DNA of 64,000 nucleotides, from NCBI GenBank assembly GCA_021155885.1, contig JAJNBB010000002.1, positions 2,929 to 66,928 on the forward strand. Direction: 5' to 3'. Of the stretch, positions 48,464-58,603 are shown piece after piece. The position numbers were made by a program, and so were the translations under genes. The notes below the pieces were generated by a model. That model saw only the letters and a program-made list of their open reading frames with translations. It was not told where the DNA came from and ran no database searches. The DNA is from Fibrobacteria bacterium. Lineage in GTDB: Bacteria; Fibrobacterota; Fibrobacteria; UBA11236. Numbering within the stretch: the first letter of the stretch is position 1; each line of letters opens with the position of its first letter.

Positions 48464-49363
48464 TTACCGGCCCGTGAAAGCACCCAGCTTGAAGACCTCC
48501 GGCGGCGCCGGATTATCCGAAATCCACCCGGGCGCACGGGATACTTCCAAGGTACAAGGCCCGTAGGTAAACACGCGGACCGGCTTGCGCTCCGACAGCT
48601 TCCGGAGATTTTCGAGAATTTCCTCAAGCATCCTTCCCGTGAACGGCGTGTAGAGGAAGAACACTGTGCCGTCGGAGAGATCGGCTTCGCGCGCGTCGGC
48701 GTTCAGGAAGGTAACACCGGTGATACCTAGATCCCCGGCGGATCGCTCGGAATACTGAACATAGGCCGGTTCGAATTCTACGCCCTTCGCCGGCACGCCG
48801 GACAAGAGATGCACCAGGATCGGTACCTGTCCCAGGCCGGAGCCGAGGTCGTAAAAGACATCATCCGCCGTGAAGCCCGCGCGGTCCACGAGTTCCAGGA
48901 TCACGCGGCCGGGAGTCTTCTGATAGAAAACCATTTCCGGTTCGGGGCGCTTCGTCTCTTCGGGAAGATCACTGGCGCAAAATATTCCATTCAGTAAAAT
49001 GTCGAAGGAATCGTATCCCTCCGCGGTTTCCGGATTTACGAGACCGTCGGTCCCCGCTATTTCCCACAGCCGCTCTTTCAATTCCCGTCCGCGCAGGCCC
49101 GCCATGCGAATTTCTTCGCGGAGATCCTGGAATAACTTTTCATCCCAGGATTCGAGTTCCTCGATGCGGGACAAGATTTCCGCGCGCAGGGCGGACCCCA
49201 TCGGGCTTCCCGGCAGGCTCATCAACCGGCCCAGGGCGTTCACCTCCAGATGGTCGAGCACCGCCAGGCGCCGGGTGAAGGACGCCCGCAAATTCGGGTG
49301 TTTCCGGAGTTGCGAATCCTCCAGAAGCGCCCGTATTTCCTTAAAGGCGACGAATGACTCCAT
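48464..49363 (-). CDS. Class I SAM-dependent methyltransferase, DOT1-like
   Basis: YQKTP, FYDLGSGLGQV, GVEFE, ADLS..TVFFLY.PF. Confidence 0.75.
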   Translation of the reverse strand: MESFVAFKEIRALLEDSQLRKHPNLRASFTRRLAVLDHLEVNALGRLMSLPGSPMGSALRAEILSRIEELESWDEKLFQDLREEIRMAGLRGRELKERLWEIAGTDGLVNPETAEGYDSFDILLNGIFCASDLPEETKRPEPEMVFYQKTPGRVILELVDRAGFTADDVFYDLGSGLGQVPILVHLLSGVPAKGVEFEPAYVQYSERSAGDLGITGVTFLNADAREADLSDGTVFFLYTPFTGRMLEEILENLRKLSERKPVRVFTYGPCTLEVSRAPGWISDNPAPPEVFKLGAFTGR

Positions 49364-49419
49364 GAAAACAAGGTAGCTCCGCCCACCGACGGAGCGGATT
49401 GGCCATTTTCGGGAGCGGC

Positions 49420-50556
49420 TTAATGGATCTGTATGCGCGTTACCGAATTGCCTTTGTAATTCACCACGAAGGCGGCAACGCCCGGGATGAGGGTGATCTG
49501 GCCCGGCGAGGCCCCCACGGTCGCCAGCCAGCTGAACGATGTCGAATCGATCACGGCCACGGAACCCGATTTTTCGTTCACCGCGTAGACCCTGCTGATC
49601 GCCGCGTCCCCCGCCATACCGCGCGTGTATTGGCCCTGGGTATTGATGACCGCCGCCTGCGAGTTATCCGCGCCGTTCAGGACCGTCACCGTGCCATCCC
49701 CGAAATTGCTTACGTAGACCAGGTTCGCATCCGGGTTGACCAAGATGGAAACCGTCATCTGCCCGCCCATCGCGGCATTCAACTCATTGTAGTCGTTGCG
49801 GGTATCGAAAATGCGAATAGGCCACCAATTCGTGCCGCTCGGGTTCCGGTAGCTAGGGCTGCGGGTGGAGGAAACCGTGTACAGGTATCCGGTGCGGGGG
49901 TTGATCGCGATCGCTGAGGGAGGCGCGTCCAGGTAAATGGTGTCGAGGAAGGCGAGCGTCGAGCCGTCGATCACCAGAATTCCCAGCTGGCTGTTCCGGT
50001 TTTTTTCATCCCTCACCCCCACGTACAAGCGATTGGCCGACGTATCCACCGCCAGGCAGGTCGGGCGGAAAGGAACGGGAATTGTGCCGGCCACTTGGGC
50101 GTCGGACCCGATGACGGTGATGCTGAAGTTTTTGTCCATCACCGAGGAGTGGCCCGAATTCGCGACATACACGTTTCCGGCTTTCGTATTTCCAATCACC
50201 GCGAAGGGACCATTGCCGGTGGGAAGCGTCGCAGTCACGGAATCCGTCGAGGTCTCGAGGACGCTGATCGAGTTGCCGTAGTTATTGATGGCGTAAACCC
50301 TTTCTCCCCAGGCAAGGATATTAGAGGGTTGCTTACCCACGGAAACGGTCTTCAGGACGTTTCCGAAGGCGTCCAGCACCGTAACGTTGTTGCTCCCGGA
50401 GTTGGCGACATACACTTTTGGCGTGGAATTATGAGTGCCCACCGTCAGGGCCGAGGGGCTTGTGCCGACGTTCACGGTCTTGATGTCGGCGGCGGCGGTG
50501 GCAATGCCGGACAGCAAATTCAGGCCGGCAAGAATGGAAAACAAAGGTTTCAACAT
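49420..50556 (-). CDS. Secreted YVTN/YncE beta-propeller protein
   Basis: Signal peptide; repeated VYVAN.GS..VTV.D. Confidence 0.85.
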   Translation of the reverse strand: MLKPLFSILAGLNLLSGIATAAADIKTVNVGTSPSALTVGTHNSTPKVYVANSGSNNVTVLDAFGNVLKTVSVGKQPSNILAWGERVYAINNYGNSISVLETSTDSVTATLPTGNGPFAVIGNTKAGNVYVANSGHSSVMDKNFSITVIGSDAQVAGTIPVPFRPTCLAVDTSANRLYVGVRDEKNRNSQLGILVIDGSTLAFLDTIYLDAPPSAIAINPRTGYLYTVSSTRSPSYRNPSGTNWWPIRIFDTRNDYNELNAAMGGQMTVSILVNPDANLVYVSNFGDGTVTVLNGADNSQAAVINTQGQYTRGMAGDAAISRVYAVNEKSGSVAVIDSTSFSWLATVGASPGQITLIPGVAAFVVNYKGNSVTRIQIH

Positions 50557-50717
50557 AGCAGCTCCAAGGCATGAAGGGTTTGAAAAGGGGACCTTGTGGC
50601 GCTTTGTAACAAAACGTCACGGGCGCGAATGTAATAAAGGCTTTAATAAATCCGCAAGCGTGAACCGATCCCGGAGACGGTCTTAAACTTTAATCCGGAA
50701 AAACAAAAAAGAAGGCG

Positions 50718-51266
50718 TTAAAACCGGAATCGCAACGCCACGTTCGAGCGCTCCGGCGTCCAGTTCAGGTCCAGGCCCACCGAGGCGGGAAGGGTCGCGT
50801 TGTATTTCTTCACGGCCTCGACCATCCGCCGATCCGAAAGCACGCCGAACCCGGCGCCCAGGGCCATCAAGCCCAAGCCGCCGAAAAGCGAGGTCGCGAT
50901 CACGGGACCGCTCGGATCCTCCTGCAACGCGCCCACGCAGAGAAGCACCACCCCGCTCACCGTGCTGACCTGTCCCGCGCGCCCCCAACGCGTGGAGGCG
51001 GTCAGGTCGGTCCGGGCTTCCGGAACGGTGCTCAGATGGGCGCGCAGGCTGTTCCAGTGAACCCGCTGCTTTGTATCCGCCTCGGTGCGCAAGGTGGTAC
51101 CCGCGCGGGACACGCTGTCCGCGCGCGGCTGCAGATAGGTAGCGAAGGTTCCCTCGCGGATCTCGACGGGAACCCCGGGCCGCATGGGCCTTACCGGAGG
51201 CTTGGGTTGAAAAAAGGCGTGGGCTGGAACCGAAGACAGCGCCAGGAGAACCAGGAATCGACGCAT
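50718..51266 (-). CDS. Hypothetical exported/membrane protein
   Basis: Signal peptide AHA, two Gly-rich hydrophobic helices, terminal F; GGAGG RBS. Confidence 0.6.
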   Translation of the reverse strand: MRRFLVLLALSSVPAHAFFQPKPPVRPMRPGVPVEIREGTFATYLQPRADSVSRAGTTLRTEADTKQRVHWNSLRAHLSTVPEARTDLTASTRWGRAGQVSTVSGVVLLCVGALQEDPSGPVIATSLFGGLGLMALGAGFGVLSDRRMVEAVKKYNATLPASVGLDLNWTPERSNVALRFRF

Positions 51267-51333
51267 GAAAGCAACCTCCTGTATCCATTCAGGGAACTGA
51301 ACGGCAAAATATTCGCGGGTCGATTCCCGCCCG

Positions 51334-52278
51334 CTATTCCGCCAGCTTCTTGTCGATATAGGCCACCAGCGACTTCACGGCCTCCATCGAGGCGTCGAAA
51401 GCCTTTTTCTCCCCGGCGTCGAGTTCGACCTCGATCACCTTCTCAAGGCCGTTGCCGCCCAGGATCACGGGCACGCCCGCATACACGCCCTTGTAGCCGA
51501 ACTCGCCGTTCAGCATCGCGGCCGCGGTAATGACGCGCTTCTTGTCCTTGAGGTAGGCTTCGGCCATGTGGATGGCGGAGAGGGCCGGGCTGTAGAAGGC
51601 CGAACCGGTCTTGAGCAGGGCCACCACCTCGCCGCCCGCGTTGGCGGTGCGCTTCGAGATCGCGTCCAGCTTGTCCTGCGAGAGGAAGTGGGTGACGGGG
51701 ATGCCGCCGACGGAGCAATAGCGGATCAGCGGCACCATGGTGTCGCCGTGGCCGCCCATCACCAGCGCCTGGACGTCCTCGGCGGAGACGCCGATGGCCT
51801 CGGCGACCAGGGCCGCGAAGCGTCCCGAGTCGAGCACGCCGGCCATGCCGACGACCCGGTGGGTCGGGAAACCCGTGACCTTCTGCATGGCGTACACCAT
51901 GGCGTCGAGCGGGTTGGTGACGACGAGCACGAAGGCGTTCGGCGCGTTCTTCTTGATGGCCTCGCCCACGGTCTTGATGATGCCGAAGTTCACGTCGAGC
52001 AGGTCGTCGCGGCTCATGCCCGGCTTGCGGGGCAGGCCGGCGGTGACGATCACCACGTCGGAATCCTTGAGGTCGGCGTAGTCGTTCGAGCCGCTCAGGG
52101 CGGAGGAGGTCGGGATGATGGGCCCGCCGTGCAGCAGGTCGAGGGCCTTGCCCTGGGGCACTCCCTCGGAGACGTCGATCAGCACGACGTCGCCGAGCTG
52201 CTTTTGCGCGGCCAGCAAGGCCATGGTGCCGCCGATTTGTCCGGCGCCGACGAGGGAGATTTTGGTTCTGCGTGCCAT
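51334..52278 (-). CDS. mdh: Malate dehydrogenase (LDH-like)
   Basis: [40 protein letters not shown]. Confidence 0.97.
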   Translation of the reverse strand: MARRTKISLVGAGQIGGTMALLAAQKQLGDVVLIDVSEGVPQGKALDLLHGGPIIPTSSALSGSNDYADLKDSDVVIVTAGLPRKPGMSRDDLLDVNFGIIKTVGEAIKKNAPNAFVLVVTNPLDAMVYAMQKVTGFPTHRVVGMAGVLDSGRFAALVAEAIGVSAEDVQALVMGGHGDTMVPLIRYCSVGGIPVTHFLSQDKLDAISKRTANAGGEVVALLKTGSAFYSPALSAIHMAEAYLKDKKRVITAAAMLNGEFGYKGVYAGVPVILGGNGLEKVIEVELDAGEKKAFDASMEAVKSLVAYIDKKLAE

Positions 52279-52303
52279 AATGAATCCTTTCTAATCCTGT
52301 GGT

Positions 52304-52363
52304 GGGGCGGATCGCGATCCGCCCCTACATCTTCGTCTGGGACGGACAGCCGTCCGCCCCTAC
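52304..52363 (-). repeat. Tandem pair of GTAG-type REPs
   Basis: Minus strand GTAGGGGCGGACGGCTGTCCGTCCC and GTAGGGGCGGATCGCGATCCGCCCC. Confidence 0.8.
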
Positions 52364-52392
52364 AAAATCTTCCCCCGTCGGGCGCCTTGGCC

Positions 52393-53271
<879 letters not shown>

Positions 53272-53275
53272 GATG

Positions 53276-54445
53276 TTAACCCTTGGCCTTCGCGACGGCC
53301 TGGGCCGCCTTGCGCGCGGCGTCTTCGAGATCGTCGGCGGAGATGAGGTTGAGTCCGGAGGCGGCGATGACCGCCTTGCCCTCTTCGACGTTGGTGCCTT
53401 CGAGGCGGACCACCAGCGGCACCTTGAGGCCGAGGTTGTTGACCGCGTTGACGATGCCGCGCGCGATGCGGTCGCAGGGCATGATGCCGCCGAAGATGTT
53501 GACCAGCAAGGTCTTCACGTTCTTGTCGGCGGTGATGATCTCGAACGCCTTGGTCACCGCCTCCTCGCTGGCGGAGCCGCCGACGTCGAGGAAGTTGGCC
53601 GGCTGCTCGCCGTAGTGGGCGATGATGTCCATCGTCGCCATCGCCAGGCCCGCGCCGTTCACCATGCAGCCGATGTTGCCGTCGAGCTTGATGTAGCTGA
53701 GGCCGTATTTGGCCGCCTCGATCTCTCCCGGGTCCTTCTCCGCGTCCGGATCGCCGCCCGTGTCCTTCTGGCGGTAGAGCGCGTTCTCGTCCAGGATCAC
53801 CTTGCAGTCGAGCAGGATCAGGTTGCCGCCCTGGTCGACCGCCAGCGGGTTGATCTCGAGCATCGCGCAGTCGGTGGTCACGTACAGGTTGTAAAGCTTG
53901 CGCGCGATGTCGGCGAACTGCGTCGTCTGCGCGTCGCTCAGCCCCAGGAACTTCGCGGCCTGCTCGATCAGGGCGGCATCCGGGCCCTGGCCCCAGGCCG
54001 GCCACAGCTTCAGGATTTTCTCGGGGGTCTTCTCGGCGATCTCCTCGATGTCCATGCCGCCCTCGGGGCTCAGGATGAACACGATGTTCGCCTTCGCGCG
54101 GTCGAGCGTGACGGCGAAGTACAACTCGCGCGCCACCTGGCTCTGCTCCTCGAACAGCACGGCCTCGATCTTCACGCCCTCGGGACCCGTCTGGTGCGTC
54201 ACCAAAGTCATCCCGATCAGCTTTTGCGCGGCTTCGGCCGCCTCGGCGGCGTTCGAGAAGAGCTTGATGCCGCCCGCCTTGCCGCGGCCGCCCGTGAACG
54301 CCTGCGCCTTGGCCACGCCCTTTTCGCCTCCGAGCGCCTGTAATGCTTGTGCCGTTTCCGCGGGGGTGAAAATCACCGCGCTGCGCGGCACGGGAAGACC
54401 CGCCTTGCGCAGCAGGGCCTTGCCTTGGTATTCATGCAGCTTCAT
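53276..54445 (-). CDS. sucC: Succinyl-CoA synthetase beta subunit
   Basis: [37 protein letters not shown]. Confidence 0.97.
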   Translation of the reverse strand: MKLHEYQGKALLRKAGLPVPRSAVIFTPAETAQALQALGGEKGVAKAQAFTGGRGKAGGIKLFSNAAEAAEAAQKLIGMTLVTHQTGPEGVKIEAVLFEEQSQVARELYFAVTLDRAKANIVFILSPEGGMDIEEIAEKTPEKILKLWPAWGQGPDAALIEQAAKFLGLSDAQTTQFADIARKLYNLYVTTDCAMLEINPLAVDQGGNLILLDCKVILDENALYRQKDTGGDPDAEKDPGEIEAAKYGLSYIKLDGNIGCMVNGAGLAMATMDIIAHYGEQPANFLDVGGSASEEAVTKAFEIITADKNVKTLLVNIFGGIMPCDRIARGIVNAVNNLGLKVPLVVRLEGTNVEEGKAVIAASGLNLISADDLEDAARKAAQAVAKAKG

Positions 54446-54629
54446 GCTTGGATTGCCTCTTTATTGCCGGATTTTATGAAGGAGAGCGGTAAAAATGCTT
54501 AATAAAGACGGGGGGATCAAGCATTTTGGGACGATTCAGGCGGGGGGCGCTTGCGCGGGGAATATCCGAACCGGACGACGGCGCAAGCGCGGTTGCCCGG
54601 ATTGTCGTACGGGTGGACGCGTCGGTCAA

Positions 54630-54653
54630 GGGCGGACAGCCGTCCGCCCCTCC
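54630..54653 (-). repeat. GTAG-type REP variant (GGAG)
   Basis: GGGCGGACAGCCGTCCGCCCCTCC, near-identical to the 52339 copy. Confidence 0.7.
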
Positions 54654-54660
54654 CGCGCGA

Positions 54661-55155
54661 TTATTTCAAAACCGGGCAGCCGAACTGGGGGATCCGGAAA
54701 TCCTCGGGCCGGGGATGGAACGGCGAGACCTTGGCCCGGACCATGAGCCGGAGGTTGGTGTTTCGCAAGCTGGAGACCAGGGAGTCCTGGGCGGTGTGCA
54801 ACACCGCCATGATGGAACAACCGGTGGCGTCCCGGCAGTTCTCCGGGTGCGTCAGGCACTCCATGAGATTGATCGGCCCCTCGACGGATTCGACGACGTC
54901 GAGGATGGTGACGGCCTCCGGAAGGCGCCCCAGGCTCACCCCGCCCTTGGGGCCGGGAACCGCCTTGACGATGCCGTCGCGCGACAGGCTGGCCATGATC
55001 CCGCCGAGAAAGGCCAGGGACATGCCCGATTCCTCCGCCAGCACCTGAACCGACACCGGCCGGCACGGCAGCCCGGATGCTTCCGCCTCATAGAAGCGGC
55101 GGGTCAGGTTCTGAAGCGCCCGAAGGGCGTAGTCGGTTTTGCGGGTGAATTTCAT
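54661..55155 (-). CDS. Rrf2-family regulator with three-Cys Fe-S motif
   Basis: TDYALRAL, GPKGG..L, ITILDVVESVEG, C-x6-C-x5-C. Confidence 0.9.
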   Translation of the reverse strand: MKFTRKTDYALRALQNLTRRFYEAEASGLPCRPVSVQVLAEESGMSLAFLGGIMASLSRDGIVKAVPGPKGGVSLGRLPEAVTILDVVESVEGPINLMECLTHPENCRDATGCSIMAVLHTAQDSLVSSLRNTNLRLMVRAKVSPFHPRPEDFRIPQFGCPVLK

Positions 55156-55235
55156 GATGCTTGCAGAAAGGATTCCGGGAAAGGACCCCTTAAATATACC
55201 CACCCGACGGCCCGAAACGCACCCGGCGCGTCCGT

Positions 55236-57005
55236 TCAGGAATCGTAGAAAGACTCGATTTTACGGTGGTATTTGGCTTCCACTGCGTGCCGCCGCAGCT
55301 TGAGGGTCGGGGTCATCTCGCCGCTCTCGATGGCCGGCGGGGTGTCGATGACGTGGAACTTCCGCACCTGCTCCCAGGAGTTCAACCCGCGGTTGACGTG
55401 TTCCACGATCTCCGCGAAGCGCCGCTGCACCGCCTCGGACTGGAGAAAGGAGCCCGTCTCGCGGCTGTCTCCGTCCAGATCCTGCTTGAGGGCCAGGAGA
55501 CTGTCGAAGTCGGGATAAATCAGCGCCGAAACGAACGGACGCCCCTCGGCGATGATGACCGCGGACTCGATCAGCCTGTGGGTCGCCAGCGCCTGTTCGA
55601 TGGGAAGGGGGGCGACGTATTTTCCGTTGGCCGACTTGAACAATTCCTTCTTGCGCCCCGTGACCGAGAGATATCCCTCTTCGTCCAGGCTTCCGAGATC
55701 TCCGGTATGCAACCAACCGTCCTTGTCCAGCACCGCGGCGGTCTCCTCCGGCAGGCCGTAATATCCCTTCATGATGTTCGGGCCGCGCGCCAGGACTTCG
55801 CCGTCGGGGGCGATGCGCAGTTCGACGCCCGGAAAGGCCGGGCCCACGGTTCCGAGCTTGCGATGGCCGGGATAGTTGACCGCCAAAACGGGCGAACTTT
55901 CGGAAAGCCCGTATCCCTCGTAGACGGGAACTCCGAGGTTCACAAGAAACTTCGCCAGCACGGCGTCGAGCGGGGCGCTTCCGGAAATGACCAGCCGGAG
56001 GCGCCCGCCCATTTGGGCGCGGATGCGCCGGTATACCAAAGCCTCGAAGACCTTGTCTTTCCAGGTCAGGGATGCATCAAGGGGCTTTTCCTGGGCCCGC
56101 CGTAACGCCGCCTTGCCGATCCGGCCCCGAATGCCGGAGGTTCCGTCGACGAGCCCCAGAATGCGTTCGTAAACCTTCTGAAAAAAGCGCGGTACGGCGG
56201 TCAGGATGGTGGGATGGATTTCGCGCAGGTTGGCCCCCGCCAGGCGCGAGCTTTCGGCGAAGGCCACGGAAATGCCCGAGGCCAGGTAGTAGTAGGTCAC
56301 CATCCGCTCGAACACGTGCGCCAGGGGAAGAAAGGAAAGGGCGCTGTCCTTCGCGGGATCCAGGGGAAAGCAGAGCGACGCGTTCCGCACCTGGCTCACG
56401 ATATTGCCGTGCGTCAGCTCGACGCCCTTGGGCATGCCCGTGCTTCCCGAGGTGTAGATCAGCGTCGCCGTGTTCTCCGGCTTCAGCAGGGCCGCGCGGC
56501 GATCCCATTCGAGCGCCAGGGGCTCGGAGCCTTGCGACCCGGCGTTTTCGGCCCAGAGCCGGCGCGCTACGATTTGCACCTGCCGCGACGACAGCAACAC
56601 GATTTTCAGCGGGGAGCCCAGGGAGTCCACGATGGGCCGGATCATGTCCTGCACTTCCTCGGAGCCCACGAAGAGAAATTTCATCCCGGAATCGGAAATC
56701 TGGTGGCGCAAGACTTCGGGGGCGGCGTTGGGAAAGAGGGGGACGGTCACCGCGCCTGCGCCGAGCGCCGCCAGGTCCGCCATCAGCCAGAACGGCGAAG
56801 GTTCGGCGACGATACCGACGCGGTCGCCGGGTTGCAAGCCCATTTCGATCAGGTTTTCTCCCGCGTGACGAACGCTGTTCAGCAGTTCCGAGGAGGAAAT
56901 CCGGCACCACCTTCCTCCGCTTTTATAGCAAAGGGCGGCCGGGTTGCTGTAAGCCTGTCCGGCATATTGCACGATGCCGGGAAGGGTGGAAAAAGGGAAA
57001 GTCAT
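55236..57005 (-). CDS. fadD: Long-chain fatty acid-CoA ligase
   Basis: YTSGSTGMPKG, EGYGLSE, WLHTGDLG, TPTLKLRR. Confidence 0.9.
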   Translation of the reverse strand: MTFPFSTLPGIVQYAGQAYSNPAALCYKSGGRWCRISSSELLNSVRHAGENLIEMGLQPGDRVGIVAEPSPFWLMADLAALGAGAVTVPLFPNAAPEVLRHQISDSGMKFLFVGSEEVQDMIRPIVDSLGSPLKIVLLSSRQVQIVARRLWAENAGSQGSEPLALEWDRRAALLKPENTATLIYTSGSTGMPKGVELTHGNIVSQVRNASLCFPLDPAKDSALSFLPLAHVFERMVTYYYLASGISVAFAESSRLAGANLREIHPTILTAVPRFFQKVYERILGLVDGTSGIRGRIGKAALRRAQEKPLDASLTWKDKVFEALVYRRIRAQMGGRLRLVISGSAPLDAVLAKFLVNLGVPVYEGYGLSESSPVLAVNYPGHRKLGTVGPAFPGVELRIAPDGEVLARGPNIMKGYYGLPEETAAVLDKDGWLHTGDLGSLDEEGYLSVTGRKKELFKSANGKYVAPLPIEQALATHRLIESAVIIAEGRPFVSALIYPDFDSLLALKQDLDGDSRETGSFLQSEAVQRRFAEIVEHVNRGLNSWEQVRKFHVIDTPPAIESGEMTPTLKLRRHAVEAKYHRKIESFYDS

Positions 57006-57148
57006 GGTAAGGCCGGTAAAATAGGTTCTGAGCGCAAAATACTGTCACCGAATCTTCTCGTCCCGGCCTTTTTTCCACAAGGAGGCGGGTGCCCGTTCCC
57101 GGGTTGTGCAGCTTCGGGAACGCCGGGCGGATGCTTATCTTCCGGTCC

Positions 57149-58603
57149 ATGGAAATTCTTTTTTCGGTCGTCGGGGCATTGGCGGGATTCATTCTGGGTT
57201 GGTGGCTGGCCTCCTCGCGAGCCGGCCAGAGCCCCCCTGCGGGCGGGCTCGGGGTCGAGGGCGAACTCCGCAGCCAGATCGCTCAAAAAAACGGACTGCT
57301 GGACGCCGCCGCCGAACGCGAAAAACTGCTGATCGGGGATCGTTCGGCGGCACTCGCCGCGAAGGACGCCCTCGCGGCTCAGTTCGAAACCTTCCAAGGT
57401 AAACATCAGTCCCTGGAAGCGCGTCATGAGGCGCTGGGCCGGGAACAGCTCCAGGTGGCAGCCGACCTCGCCAAGGCCCGCGCCGATCTAAACGCGGCCA
57501 ACCACCTCCTGGCCGACCAGCGCAGCGCCCATGAAAAGGCCCTCGCCGACCTGAGGGAGGCATTCAAGGCGCTCAGCGCGGATGCGCTCAAGCAAAGCGC
57601 CCCGGAATTCATGCGCCTCGCCGCCGACCAGTTCGCGAAGCTCCAGGAATCGGCCAAGGGCGATTTGAACCAGCGTCAGGAGGCCATCGCGGGCCTTCTC
57701 AAACCCCTCGAGGCCCAGCTCAAGACCTATCAGGACCGCCTTCAGCAAAGCGAGAGCGCCCAGTCCACGACCTTGGGCGAGGTTAAAAAGCAACTAGAAT
57801 CGCTGACCTTGAACAGTCTTTCCCTGGCCCAGGAAACCGAACGTTTCCGCAGCGTCCTGAAATCCAACCAATCGCGCGGACGCTGGGGGGAAGAAACCTT
57901 GCGGCGCGTCGTGGAAGCCGCCGGAATGAGCCCTTATTGCGATTTCGTGGAACAGGCCACGGGAGAAGACGGCCGTCCGGACATGATCGTGCGACTGCCC
58001 GGAGAGCGGGTGATCGTGGTGGACTCGAAGGTTCCGGATCTGGAATTCATGGCCACGCTCGAAAGCGCCGATCCCGAAACGCGCAAGGTGTCGCTCCGCG
58101 CGCACTCGGACAAGCTCAAGGAGACCATCAAAGGCCTCGCCGACCGCGATTATCCCTCCAAGCAGGCCAACTCGCTGGACTACGTCGTGTTGTTTCTACC
58201 GGCCGAGTCCCTGTTTAGCACGGCGCTTGAGGGAGACGGCGATTTGATCGTGTGGGCCGCCAAGCGCAAGATCATGCTGGCCACTCCGGCCTCGTTGATC
58301 GGGTTGCTCAGAGGGATCAGCGTGAGCTGGGACCAGCACAAGCAAACCGAAAACGGCAAAGCCATCGGGGAAGCGGCGCGCGAGCTGTATAGCCGCGTGG
58401 CCAAATTCACCGAGCACTTCGAGTCCATCCGCGACGGCCTGGAGAAGGCGAACAAAGCCTACAATGCCGCCGCGGGGAGCTATGAGCGCATGGTGCGCCC
58501 CAGCGGCCAACGGCTGCTCGAACAGGGACTGCCCCGGGACGGCAAGGACCTCGCGGAAATATCCCTGCTGGACACTCCCCTCCGCAAGATCGAAGGTTCC
58601 TAG
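57149..58603 (+). CDS. rmuC: DNA recombination protein RmuC
   Basis: TM + coiled coil; RGRWGE, RPDMIV.LP, VDSK, LFLPAE, ATP.SL. Confidence 0.93.
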   Translation: MEILFSVVGALAGFILGWWLASSRAGQSPPAGGLGVEGELRSQIAQKNGLLDAAAEREKLLIGDRSAALAAKDALAAQFETFQGKHQSLEARHEALGREQLQVAADLAKARADLNAANHLLADQRSAHEKALADLREAFKALSADALKQSAPEFMRLAADQFAKLQESAKGDLNQRQEAIAGLLKPLEAQLKTYQDRLQQSESAQSTTLGEVKKQLESLTLNSLSLAQETERFRSVLKSNQSRGRWGEETLRRVVEAAGMSPYCDFVEQATGEDGRPDMIVRLPGERVIVVDSKVPDLEFMATLESADPETRKVSLRAHSDKLKETIKGLADRDYPSKQANSLDYVVLFLPAESLFSTALEGDGDLIVWAAKRKIMLATPASLIGLLRGISVSWDQHKQTENGKAIGEAARELYSRVAKFTEHFESIRDGLEKANKAYNAAAGSYERMVRPSGQRLLEQGLPRDGKDLAEISLLDTPLRKIEGS

